Positions 27,706 through 35,696 are shown, numbered from the stretch's first letter. The stretch: 38,950 bases of DNA from a virus (IMGVR_UViG_3300024046_000013:1-38950), one strand, 5' to 3'. Notes: generated by a model from the sequence alone, not told the origin. A program made the numbers and translations.

Positions 27706-28718
27706 GCCGCCTCCTTGCGCAGTGACGCCTGGGCCTGGATGCCCTGGGTGGACAGTTCGTACACGGGGCCGGCATCGGTCTGTTTGGCGAACCAGAGCCG
27801 GTAGTAGCCCTTCTCGACGTAGTTCAGGAAGTGCCGCCGCCAGTCGGCCTGCAGCCTGGATTCGTGGGTGCCGTCAGGCAGGAATTCGCGCTTGAACACG
27901 TCCCAGGCGATCTGCACGAACTCCATCGGCAAACCCGTGGATTCGACGTAGGTCAGCAGGGGCTGGTAGCCGCTGATGGGCTTCTCACCGGCCTGCACGC
28001 ACTGGTCGATGAAGGTTTTCAACTGGATGCGCGGCTTGCGCTCCCGTTTTGGCTTGGGTGGGCTCTCACCCCCCTGGGGGTTAGGGGGTGTATTTGTTTT
28101 TATATATCCCTGTCCCTGTCCCTTAAGGACGTTTTCCGGCGGATTTCCTGCGGAATGATCGTCGGAATCTGGATCATTTCCACCGGATGAACCATCTTTT
28201 CCGCTGGAATCGTTTTGATTTCCGCTGGAATTCCCGTTCTTTCCATTGGAATCTGTCGGCCATGTTTTAGGTTTTCCAGCGGAAAGCCACTCATCGAGGG
28301 TGGGCATGTCTTCCTTCTGGACGCCGCTTTTCCGCAGCCTGTCCAGCAATTTCCGGTGCGCGTACTCATGCTTCGACGCCCATGCCTCTCGGGCCTTTTC
28401 CGCGATCACCGAGTGGTACAGACGCCCGTCGCTGCATTTGACCCAGCCGCGCAGCGCGCCGTCCCGGTGCTTCGCCCATTCGCCCACGGCGCGGCCGAAT
28501 CCGGCCAGGGCGGCCAGGGTCTTGTCGTCGTCTGGCAGGCTGGCGGCCGGCACCTGGTGCCAGGATGCGCACCACAGCAGCACGGCACAGCGGAATTCTT
28601 CACCGGTGACGTGGATTGCCAGGTCGCTGTCCCGAAGACGCACGACATCCAGCGGCAGGAATGCGAAGTCGCGCAGATCGCAGTCGGCGGGGGTGAGGGG
28701 GGCGGGCAGATCCATCAT
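27702..28718 (-). CDS. Phage replication initiator (DUF1376/YdaU-like N-terminus)
   Basis: DCDLRDFAFLPLDVVRLRDS...SWHQVPAASLPDDD..LA; low-complexity linker carrying iterons; directly upstream of dnaB; start ATG 28718. Confidence 0.8.
   Translation of the reverse strand: MMDLPAPLTPADCDLRDFAFLPLDVVRLRDSDLAIHVTGEEFRCAVLLWCASWHQVPAASLPDDDKTLAALAGFGRAVGEWAKHRDGALRGWVKCSDGRLYHSVIAEKAREAWASKHEYAHRKLLDRLRKSGVQKEDMPTLDEWLSAGKPKTWPTDSNGKNGNSSGNQNDSSGKDGSSGGNDPDSDDHSAGNPPENVLKGQGQGYIKTNTPPNPQGGESPPKPKRERKPRIQLKTFIDQCVQAGEKPISGYQPLLTYVESTGLPMEFVQIAWDVFKREFLPDGTHESRLQADWRRHFLNYVEKGYYRLWFAKQTDAGPVYELSTQGIQAQASLRKEAA
28090..28285. repeat. Replication origin: about 7 TTTCC-N3-GGA iterons next to an AT-rich tract
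   Basis: Copies near 28133, 28144, 28177, 28198, 28219, 28240 and 28273 (four at an exact 21-bp period); TATTTGTTTTTATATAT at about 28091-28107. Confidence 0.78.
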
Positions 28719-29071
28719 GCTGCTTCCCCATGCACCACGCGCGCCAGCGGCACGATGGCGACCTGATAGGCGGCCTCGGCGGCCGGCAACCACTGGTTGC
28801 GCCGGATCAGCGCGGCGCGTGTCGCGTCCACAGCCTCCCATTCGCGGCGCCAGCGGTCCTCGCGCGCCATGCCGCCCTGGTCGTGGTCGCGGTGGCAGAC
28901 CGGGCACAGCGGGAACGTGAGGCTGTCGCAGGCCTTGCGGCCCATGCCCTTGCCGAAATTGACGTGGGCGCATTGGCTTGGACCGACGCGGCGGCAAGCC
29001 GCGCAGGGAAGGGCGGCCACGGCGCGCCGGTGGCGCTCGGAGCGCCAGGGCTTGTTCTTGGGGATCATCAT
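28715..29071 (-). CDS. Zn-binding HNH-like nin-region protein (DUF968-like)
   Basis: LPCAAC...AH...GMGRKACD..TFPLCPVCH..HD. Confidence 0.72.
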   Translation of the reverse strand: MMIPKNKPWRSERHRRAVAALPCAACRRVGPSQCAHVNFGKGMGRKACDSLTFPLCPVCHRDHDQGGMAREDRWRREWEAVDATRAALIRRNQWLPAAEAAYQVAIVPLARVVHGEAA

Positions 29072-29502
29072 GCTGTGGCCTCATTCAGAGACAGATCGAC
29101 CCCGCGCGGCTCGAAATCGGCCCGGATCGCGTCGATGTACCGGGCGATCTGGCCCCGGTCCATGATCGACGTGACGGGCCAGTAGGCCATCATTGCCAAC
29201 TTGGTTTCGTAGGGCAGGGGCTTGATCGATTGGTCGTAGACTTCGCGGAAATGGGGGTCTTCGGCGCGCAGGATGGGCACGCCGAAATGCAGCTTGCAGT
29301 AGCGCTTCCAGCCGGCCGCGTCGTCGTGCGGCATGGCCTGGGCCATCAGTTCGTAGATGACGTGCGTGCCGGCGTTCTGGGCGCCCGTGCGGGGTGGGGG
29401 GGCGATGCGTACCGTCCAGCCGTCAGGGGCCGACACGATGGCCTTGGCGGCGAATCCGCGCACCTGGGGGGTATTGAGGATGTAGGTCTGGCGTTCCATC
29501 AC
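29068..29502 (-). CDS. ninB: NinB/Orf-like recombination protein
   Basis: APDGWTVRI.PPPRT.AQNA, W...K..F, TS.M....A.YI..I pattern; nin-region position. Confidence 0.68.
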   Translation of the reverse strand: MMERQTYILNTPQVRGFAAKAIVSAPDGWTVRIAPPPRTGAQNAGTHVIYELMAQAMPHDDAAGWKRYCKLHFGVPILRAEDPHFREVYDQSIKPLPYETKLAMMAYWPVTSIMDRGQIARYIDAIRADFEPRGVDLSLNEATA

Positions 29503-29873
29503 GACCTCCCCAGCACCCGGCGCAGCGCGGCGACTTCTTCGCGCAGCTCTCGGTTCTCGCGTTCGACCTCGGTTTCTCGCTTGCGGATCGAACCCAGGTC
29601 ATAGCCCCGGTCGTGCAGCATCCAGAGTAGGGGAGCGTCATTGCCGCACAGATCCATCAGCGCGCAGAACCGATCCCACTTGATGCCTTCCTGGCCCGAC
29701 TGCCAGCGGGAAAACTGGCCCTTGTCGACCTTCAGAGCGTGCTGCAATTCCTTGTCCAGGGAGAACCCGGCCAGTTCCGCGCACATGTCGATGGCCGCGC
29801 CCAGGGACTGCTTGCGGGCGACCTCGTCGGATGGAACCGCGATGTTTTGCAGGGGCAGCGACGGCTGCTTCAT
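29499..29873 (-). CDS. CII-like/XRE transcriptional regulator
   Basis: HTH-like DKELQHALKVDKGQFSRWQSG, CGNDAPLLW, C-terminal coiled coil; sits between cro and replication genes. Confidence 0.65.
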   Translation of the reverse strand: MKQPSLPLQNIAVPSDEVARKQSLGAAIDMCAELAGFSLDKELQHALKVDKGQFSRWQSGQEGIKWDRFCALMDLCGNDAPLLWMLHDRGYDLGSIRKRETEVERENRELREEVAALRRVLGRS

Positions 29874-30028
29874 GGCTGCCTCTCAAGGCTGCTCAACATC
29901 GTTGAGAGGTGTTGAGAAGTAAAAAGGGCGAAAATTTTTTGCATGACGGCGCCGCGGCGCTGAGACAAATTCGCCCGAGGGGAGAAATGCGGATCGACAG
30001 GGAAGGGCCGGCCGGAGAGACTGCCGGC

Positions 30029-30193
30029 ATGGACGAGCACACGCGATACAGGCTGATGGATCAGGCCGAAGAATTGGCGCTGCAGGCGTTCGGGTCGGCG
30101 GCCGAGGTCGAGCACATCGAAGCGGTGTTCGAGCGGCTGCTGTGGGCGTGGCAGCGCGGCCTGCCGGCCGATGGCGCGGCGACGGTGCACTGA
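30029..30193 (+). CDS. Hypothetical protein (54 aa)
   Basis: GGAGAG SD before ATG 30029; helical MDEHTRYRLMDQAEELALQAFG. Confidence 0.55.
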   Translation: MDEHTRYRLMDQAEELALQAFGSAAEVEHIEAVFERLLWAWQRGLPADGAATVH

Positions 30194-30275
30194 GGCGCCG
30201 GGTATTGGGTGGCCGGTTCCAGCCGGGTATGCTTGGAAGCGCCAACAACCAAACTTTTCCAGAAAGGAACCGACC

Positions 30276-30461
30276 ATGAACGACGTGGCCAAGTTTTTCG
30301 AAGACAACGTAGCGCGCATCAATTCCGCCTCCGATCCGCTGGGGTGGAATCTAAACAACGGCCTGTTCGCCCTGTGTCGGCAATTGGACCGGATCGAGAG
30401 CAACCAGCGCGATCTAGAACGGCGGCTACAGCAGATCGAGCAGATTCTTCGAGTTCGGTAG
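30276..30461 (+). CDS. Hypothetical coiled-coil protein (61 aa)
   Basis: AAAGGAA SD before ATG 30276; heptad-rich C-terminal half. Confidence 0.6.
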   Translation: MNDVAKFFEDNVARINSASDPLGWNLNNGLFALCRQLDRIESNQRDLERRLQQIEQILRVR

Positions 30462-30535
30462 CTGTGAGCAGGCAGCCGGCCCGCACCGACCAGCGGGATA
30501 TCGCGGCCTGGAAGTCCGCCGTGAGCAAGAGCAGA

Positions 30536-30799
30536 TCAGACATCTGCAGCCTTCGCGGCTTGGGTGGTGGCGAGTTCGGGCCAAATCGCGGCCCAGGTGT
30601 TGGGCCACATGCGATGACGCGGAACCGCACCACCCGTGGCCCGCTCAAGCGAGGCACCGTAATCAGTGGGAACCGGGCGAAGCCCTTTCTTCCACTGATA
30701 GAGGACAGACGGGGACACCTTCACATCACGCGCGACCGCTGCGGCAGGCCGGGCATCAGGAAGGGCGAAGTACGCGGCGATGATTTCGTGCTGTTCCAT
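30536..30799 (-). CDS. cro: Cro-like repressor (YdaS-type)
   Basis: AAVARDVKVSPSVLYQWKKGLRPVP...LERATGGAV....P...IWPEL; divergent from cI. Confidence 0.88.
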   Translation of the reverse strand: MEQHEIIAAYFALPDARPAAAVARDVKVSPSVLYQWKKGLRPVPTDYGASLERATGGAVPRHRMWPNTWAAIWPELATTQAAKAADV

Positions 30800-30870
30800 A
30801 GCAGAACTATAGCAAAGCTACAGAAAACATCAAGCCATGCTATAGATTTTTTTCAGTAGCTTTGCTATAT
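30800..30870. promoter_or_regulatory. Immunity operator region (OR) with pR
   Basis: Sites CTATAGCAAAGCTACAG (30807-30823), CAAGCCATGCTATAG (30831-30845) and CAGTAGCTTTGCTATAT (30854-30870); - strand TTGATG-N16-TATAGT ends 6 nt before the cro ATG. Confidence 0.85.
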
Positions 30871-31591
30871 GGATATCTGGACAGAAAAAGAGGAAGCCGA
30901 GAGGCTCAAGACGCGGTTCGACGGCTTGGACATTCCGCGGGCGGCATTCGCACGCAAGCACAAGGTGCCCGGCGGCGATGCCATGATCTATCAGCACATC
31001 ACCGGTCGGCGCCCCATCAGCATGGAAGCCGCCATTGCCTATGCAAAGGGGTTTGGTGTGCCGCTGGAAGACATCAGCCCGCGTCTGGCCAAAGCCGCAG
31101 CGGCCGGCCTGGAGATCAGCGGCGTCGATGTGCAGCAGGGCGGCCAGAGGACCGAGGATGGCTTCGTGTTGCCCAGGTTCGATACTGGCGGTTCGATGGG
31201 GCGCGGTCTGGACCTACCGGACCAGCCGGGCGTTATCGAAAGCGTGCGGGTGTCCCATGAGTGGATGCAGAAGAACGTGCGCAACTACACGGCCATCAGC
31301 AACCTGCGTATCGTGACCGGGTTCGGGGACTCCATGCGCCCGCTGTTCAATCCTGGTGATCCGTTGATTGTGGACTGCGGCGTGCTGACCGTGGATTTCG
31401 ACTCGATTTATTTTTTCCGCGTCGGCATGGAAGGCTTTATCAAGCGTCTGCAGCGCGTCCCGTCTGCTGATGGCCTTACGCTGCAGGTGATTTCAGATAA
31501 CACGAAGTACCCGCCGTGGCCCGTCACGCCAGACATGGATTTCGAGGTGTTCGGGCGCGTATTGAAGGTTTGGAGAAGCGAGGATTTTTGA
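30869..31591 (+). CDS. cI: CI-like repressor with S24 autopeptidase domain
   Basis: N-terminal HTH; GSMG cleavage-site region; catalytic Ser in GDSM and Lys in FIKRL; VFGRV. Confidence 0.93.
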   Translation: MDIWTEKEEAERLKTRFDGLDIPRAAFARKHKVPGGDAMIYQHITGRRPISMEAAIAYAKGFGVPLEDISPRLAKAAAAGLEISGVDVQQGGQRTEDGFVLPRFDTGGSMGRGLDLPDQPGVIESVRVSHEWMQKNVRNYTAISNLRIVTGFGDSMRPLFNPGDPLIVDCGVLTVDFDSIYFFRVGMEGFIKRLQRVPSADGLTLQVISDNTKYPPWPVTPDMDFEVFGRVLKVWRSEDF

Positions 31592-31653
31592 GGGAATAAT
31601 TTACGCTGTTTGGGGCTGGCCAAAGTATAGAAAAACTCAAGGGGATTGCGGCT

Positions 31654-32025
31654 ATGGGTATAGTTTTTGGGGTTTTGCTCGCTTTTTTGCTGCCTGCCTG
31701 CGTGCTTATAGGGGCGGCATTATTTATCGTCTCGGCAGTAATGGCGTTTAAAGGACTAGGTAGTTGGGGGGCAGCGATAGCCGTTTGGTTTTTCTTTACA
31801 GCAATTACGGGCTACCGGTTCATGGGAATGGCGACCAGGATGGGGGATCGCGCTATAGTGATGGGACCCACGGCAACCGTAATAACCCTTTTGTTGGTGG
31901 GAGCGCAAGTCCTACAAAATCCGCCGCGATACTCCGCCTGGTGGGCGCTATTAACGCCAGTATTTTTTATTGTTATATCGTCATTGCTGACATGGCTCTA
32001 TTCGGTATTATTTAGAGGGAAATAG
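31654..32025 (+). CDS. Low-GC multi-pass membrane protein (moron)
   Basis: About 4 hydrophobic segments; visibly AT-rich relative to the prophage; between cI and a terminator. Confidence 0.72.
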   Translation: MGIVFGVLLAFLLPACVLIGAALFIVSAVMAFKGLGSWGAAIAVWFFFTAITGYRFMGMATRMGDRAIVMGPTATVITLLLVGAQVLQNPPRYSAWWALLTPVFFIVISSLLTWLYSVLFRGK

Positions 32026-32057
32026 AGTACAGCAGACTAGGCTCCATCAGCTGTCAC

Positions 32058-32080
32058 AGCCGCCTTCGGGCGGCTTTTTT
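32058..32080 (+). terminator. Intrinsic terminator closing the cI transcript
   Basis: AGCCGCC-TTCG-GGCGGCT followed by TTTTT. Confidence 0.9.
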
Positions 32081-32098
32081 GCGTTCTTAGGGTAATCC

Positions 32099-32162
32099 CT
32101 ATAGCACCCATAGCATGAATCTATAGCAAAGCTATTGCATTTATCTGTAGCTTTGCTATAGT
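32099..32162 (+). promoter_or_regulatory. Operator region (OL) with pL-like early promoter
   Basis: CTATAGCAAAGCTATTG (32121-32137) and CTGTAGCTTTGCTATAG (32145-32161) match the OR sites; TTGCAT-N16-TATAGT with a TG extension. Confidence 0.85.
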
Positions 32163-32201
32163 GTCTCCCATCGCCCCACCACACGGGCATGGGAGACCAT
32201 C

Positions 32202-32447
32202 ATGAGCACCACTCTGCCGAGCCTGCCGACCTACGGTAGCGCCTTCACCTCGAACGCCGGTCGGCGCTTCGACATCCGCACTTGCGACATTCCCGGGATC
32301 ACGCAGCCCGTCAGCATCCGCACGGAGTCCTTCCTGATTCTGCTGGACCTGGACGAAGCCACCGCCCTGGGCACGCGCCTGATCGCCGCTGCTGATCACT
32401 ACCGCAAATCTGCGCGGGCCGTTGAATCTGTCGCGGAAGGGGCCTGA
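32202..32447 (+). CDS. Hypothetical early protein
   Basis: First ORF after pL; GGGAG SD. Confidence 0.65.
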   Translation: MSTTLPSLPTYGSAFTSNAGRRFDIRTCDIPGITQPVSIRTESFLILLDLDEATALGTRLIAAADHYRKSARAVESVAEGA

Positions 32448-32448
32448 C

Positions 32449-32826
32449 ATGGAAGCCAAGCACACGCCGGGACCGTGGTACCAGGGCACAGGCGAACAGC
32501 AGTATTGCGTGTACGACAAAAAGTGCTGGATCAATCCTGACGGCAGTCGAGGCGGGGAAACGCCAAACCTGGTGATCGTCGTCTCGCCAGCCGACGCGGT
32601 GGCAAATGCCCGCCTGGTCGCCGCCGCGCCTGATCTGCTGGAAGCCTGCCAAGTATTCGCGGAATGGCTGCGCCGGGAAGACGTCGGGTTCGGTGGCAGC
32701 CGCGACACCCCAGAGGGCGAGGCCGCGTGGAGCGAGTGGTTCCACGGCAATCTTGATCTGTGTAGGCGGGCACAGGACTTGGCCCGCGCTGCCATCGCCA
32801 AGGCCACCGGGGAGGCCACATGCTGA
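32449..32826 (+). CDS. Hypothetical early protein (HTPGPW...ANARLVAAAPDLLEA family)
   Basis: Common phage early-gene motifs; start ATG 32449. Confidence 0.75.
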   Translation: MEAKHTPGPWYQGTGEQQYCVYDKKCWINPDGSRGGETPNLVIVVSPADAVANARLVAAAPDLLEACQVFAEWLRREDVGFGGSRDTPEGEAAWSEWFHGNLDLCRRAQDLARAAIAKATGEATC

Positions 32827-33182
32827 CCACCACCAAAGGCCCGGGCGATTTCGCCACCTGGCCGCTCGATCCGGCCGACGTCGTGGATCTGGATGGCGAC
32901 GACATCCGCGACGTGCTGGCCGAGCGCGTTCAGTTCGATCCTGTGAGCCGGACCCGTCATGACTTGCTGTCCGCCATGCACGAGGAATTCGTTCTCGATG
33001 ACCCCGATTGTCAGGACGAAGCGATCACGTTTCTCGCGCGGCACATCGATGACGCCGATTTTCCTCTGTATCTGCGCGAGCGCTTGAGCGGCGCCTTCGA
33101 TGACATCGCCCGCACCACCGATATCCCTTTCGAACTCGCCCGATCCCGTCAGCGGGACCGTGCGGACGCGCTCGACCACTGA
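32820..33182 (+). CDS. Hypothetical acidic early protein
   Basis: GGAGG SD; coupled to the previous gene; Asp/Glu-rich. Confidence 0.65.
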   Translation: MLTTTKGPGDFATWPLDPADVVDLDGDDIRDVLAERVQFDPVSRTRHDLLSAMHEEFVLDDPDCQDEAITFLARHIDDADFPLYLRERLSGAFDDIARTTDIPFELARSRQRDRADALDH

Positions 33183-33204
33183 TTTCCCCGACAAGGACCA
33201 CACC

Positions 33205-33993
33205 ATGACCAAGAAATACGAATTCGTCGAAGACGACACCATCACCATCGCGCCGGGCCGCGTCGTGCGCCGCATCCGTGCCCTGGTCGCCATCGCCGCG
33301 ACCGCATGGACGCCGGCCTGCGCGCCGGGCGACCTGGGCGGCTACATCGAGAAGGAGAGCAACCTGTCCCAGGTCTACGGCGACGCCTGGGTCTCCGGCG
33401 ACGCCCGGGTCTACGGCGACGCCTGGGTCTCCGGCAACGCCCAGGTCTACGGCAACGCCCAGGTCTACGGCGACGCCCGGGTCTCCGGCAACGCCCAGGT
33501 CTACGGCAACGCCCAGGTCTACGGCGACGCCCGGGTCTACGGCGACGCCCGGGTCTACGGCGACGCCCGGGTCTACGGCGACGCCTGGGTCTCCGGCAAC
33601 GCCCAGGTCTACGGCGACGCCCGGGTCTACGGCGACGCCTGGGTCTACGGCGACGCCCGGGTCTACGGCGACGCCCAGGTCTACGGCGACGCCCGGGTCT
33701 CCGGCAACGCCCAGGTCTACGGCCGAGGCCTCATTTTCTGGGCTTCCATCGTCGGCAGCGAGAACGGCACCCTGACGGTCTACAACGGCCGCGACAACAC
33801 GCTGTTGGTCACGCGCGGCTGCTTCTCTGGCACCGTCGATGAGTTCTTGGCCGCGTCTGCCGCGAAACACGGCGAGCGCATCCAGCACGAGTATCAACTG
33901 CTGATCGAGGTCGCGCGGTCCCGCATCGAAGCGGCGCGCGCGAACACTCCTGTGCTGGCCGAAGAGCCCGCGCCCGCCGAGGCCACCGAATGA
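33205..33993 (+). CDS. Hexapeptide-repeat (left-handed beta-helix-like) phage protein
   Basis: MTKKYEF...RIRAL...GDLGGYIEKESNLSQ, 19 V(Y/S)G(D/N)A(R/W/Q) repeats, C-terminal VTRGCFSGTVDEF; AAGGA SD before ATG 33205. Confidence 0.85.
   Translation: MTKKYEFVEDDTITIAPGRVVRRIRALVAIAATAWTPACAPGDLGGYIEKESNLSQVYGDAWVSGDARVYGDAWVSGNAQVYGNAQVYGDARVSGNAQVYGNAQVYGDARVYGDARVYGDARVYGDAWVSGNAQVYGDARVYGDAWVYGDARVYGDAQVYGDARVSGNAQVYGRGLIFWASIVGSENGTLTVYNGRDNTLLVTRGCFSGTVDEFLAASAAKHGERIQHEYQLLIEVARSRIEAARANTPVLAEEPAPAEATE
33373..33723 (+). repeat. In-frame 18-bp tandem repeat, 19.5 copies
   Basis: Unit GTCT(A/C)CGGC(G/A)ACGCC(CGG/TGG/CAG), head to tail with no spacers. Confidence 0.95.
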
Positions 33994-34268
33994 GCCCGCG
34001 CCTTTTCCTGGCCCGGCGCCGTGCCGGGCTGCACCCCGGCTTCGTCCGGGCCGTCGAATCGAAGCCGGACCTGCCGCCCGAAATCTATGCATACCCGGCC
34101 CAGGCTCGGCGCGACGCTCCCAATCCATGGAAGCCGTCGAAAGTCCCGACCGTCCCCCAGGCGGAACCCGCGCCGCGCGCTGTGTGCGGCCTGCTGATCG
34201 CGGCCTACGTTGCGTTGGGCGTCGCGCTGTGGATCGCGGCGTCGATCGTGCCGGCCCCTGCTATCTGA
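33990..34268 (+). CDS. Hypothetical protein with C-terminal TM helix
   Basis: ATGA-coupled to the previous gene; hydrophobic C-terminus. Confidence 0.55.
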   Translation: MSPRLFLARRRAGLHPGFVRAVESKPDLPPEIYAYPAQARRDAPNPWKPSKVPTVPQAEPAPRAVCGLLIAAYVALGVALWIAASIVPAPAI

Positions 34269-34278
34269 AGGAGAAATC

Positions 34279-35031
34279 ATGAGCAGCACCGAAATCATCG
34301 AGGCGCAGCAGACTGCGGTCGCCGCGCCGTCCAATCCGGCTCCGGTCGGGTCCCCCATGGCCCTGGCAATCTCCGCGCTGCAAAGCGGGATGACCGCCGA
34401 ACAGATCGGCCAGATGATGGACCTGCAGGACCGGTACAACGCCGCCCAGGCCAAGAAAGCATTCGATGAAGCGTTCGCTGCGTTCAAGGCCGAAGCCGTT
34501 TCCATCAGGAAGGGCAAGGAAACCACCGCCGGGCCGCTGGCTGGCCGCAAATACGCGGTGCTGGATGACGTCGTGCGCGCCGTGACGCCTGCACTGTCCA
34601 AGCATGGCCTGTCCTCCAGTTGGAAGCTGACCATCGATGACAAGGACTGGATGGAGGTCACATGCTACCTGCGCCACGTTGGCGGCCATCAGGAAAGCGT
34701 GAGCATGGGCGGCCCCCCGGACGATGGGGCGGGGCGCAACAAGATCCAGGCCCGCGCCAGCACGAAGACCTACCTGGAGCGCTACACCCTGAAGGCCATC
34801 ACCGGCCTGTCCGAGCGTGACGACGATGACGATGGAGCAGGGGGCGCGGCCAGCGAGGATGTGATGCTGGACTGGCAGGCCGCCATCGATGCGGCGCAGA
34901 CCGTGGATGGCCTGGAACAGGTCCGCCGCGATGGCGTCAAGGCGTTCAAGCTGGCCGAAGATTACCGCACGTTCATGGGCTTCGTCCAGGCGCGCCTGAA
35001 GGCCATCAAGAAAGAGGCCGGCCATGCGTGA
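34279..35031 (+). CDS. erf: ERF-family single-strand annealing protein
   Basis: KYAVLDDVVRAVTPALSKHGLS and IQARASTKTYLERYTLKAITG...DDDDG; AAGGAGA SD before ATG 34279. Confidence 0.88.
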   Translation: MSSTEIIEAQQTAVAAPSNPAPVGSPMALAISALQSGMTAEQIGQMMDLQDRYNAAQAKKAFDEAFAAFKAEAVSIRKGKETTAGPLAGRKYAVLDDVVRAVTPALSKHGLSSSWKLTIDDKDWMEVTCYLRHVGGHQESVSMGGPPDDGAGRNKIQARASTKTYLERYTLKAITGLSERDDDDDGAGGAASEDVMLDWQAAIDAAQTVDGLEQVRRDGVKAFKLAEDYRTFMGFVQARLKAIKKEAGHA

Positions 35032-35686
35032 AATCCTGATCCGCTGCTCCAGCCTCGGGCGTCTCATGACCGAGCCGCGCACGAAGGCCGAGGGCATCCT
35101 GTCCAAGGGCGCGAAGACCCTCATCCGCGAACTTGCCCGCCAGGAAATCCTGGGGGTCGATGTCGAGGTCTCCACGAAGGAAACGGAAAAGGGCATCGAG
35201 TGCGAGCCGGACTCCATCGCGCTGTTGAACAGCGTTCGCGGCCTGAGTCTGACGAAGAACACCGAACGCCGCTCCGATGGCTTCATCACCGGGGAATGCG
35301 ACCTGTTCGACGCTGAGCGCCGGCGCGGCCACGACCTGAAGACCGCGTGGTCCGCTGCGACCTTCCCCTGCTGGGTTGTTGACGCCGCGGACAGTGGCTA
35401 CGAATGGCAGATGCGCGGCTACATGAAGCTGTGGAATGCCGATGAGTGGGAGGTCAACCATGTCCTGGTCGACACCCCCGAACACCTGATCCGCTGGGAG
35501 CCTTTGCAGCTGCACATCGTGTCCCACATTCCCGAACACATGCGGCTGACCACCTGGACCGTAAAGCGCGATCCGGACAAGGAGGCCGCCATGGTCGAGC
35601 GCGTCAAGGCCGCCCGGGAATATTACGCCGAGGTGATCGAAGAATTCGACGCCCTGCACCCCGATCTCATCCCCACCACCGCATAG
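35024..35686 (+). CDS. Lambda-exo/YqaJ-like PD-(D/E)XK exonuclease
   Basis: IRCSSLG.LM, KGIECE, TGECD...DLKT, YEWQMRGYM.L; paired with ERF. Confidence 0.82.
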   Translation: MREILIRCSSLGRLMTEPRTKAEGILSKGAKTLIRELARQEILGVDVEVSTKETEKGIECEPDSIALLNSVRGLSLTKNTERRSDGFITGECDLFDAERRRGHDLKTAWSAATFPCWVVDAADSGYEWQMRGYMKLWNADEWEVNHVLVDTPEHLIRWEPLQLHIVSHIPEHMRLTTWTVKRDPDKEAAMVERVKAAREYYAEVIEEFDALHPDLIPTTA

Positions 35687-35696
35687 GAGCATATCC

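Noticed and set aside
21651-29084. Long N-terminal extensions in listed ORFs 21651..22574, 22607..24406, 24741..25565, 25007..25972 and 27702..29084
   Set aside because: Extensions overlap neighbouring real genes; internal starts with stop/start coupling fit better
30319-30543. - strand ORF starting at the cro stop (MSDLLLLTADF...)
   Set aside because: Overlaps the better-supported + strand ORF 30276-30461 and has no clear SD; not excluded but unsupported
33373-33723. Possible CRISPR array
   Set aside because: Head-to-tail 18-bp units without unique spacers, in frame within a gene; no cas genes
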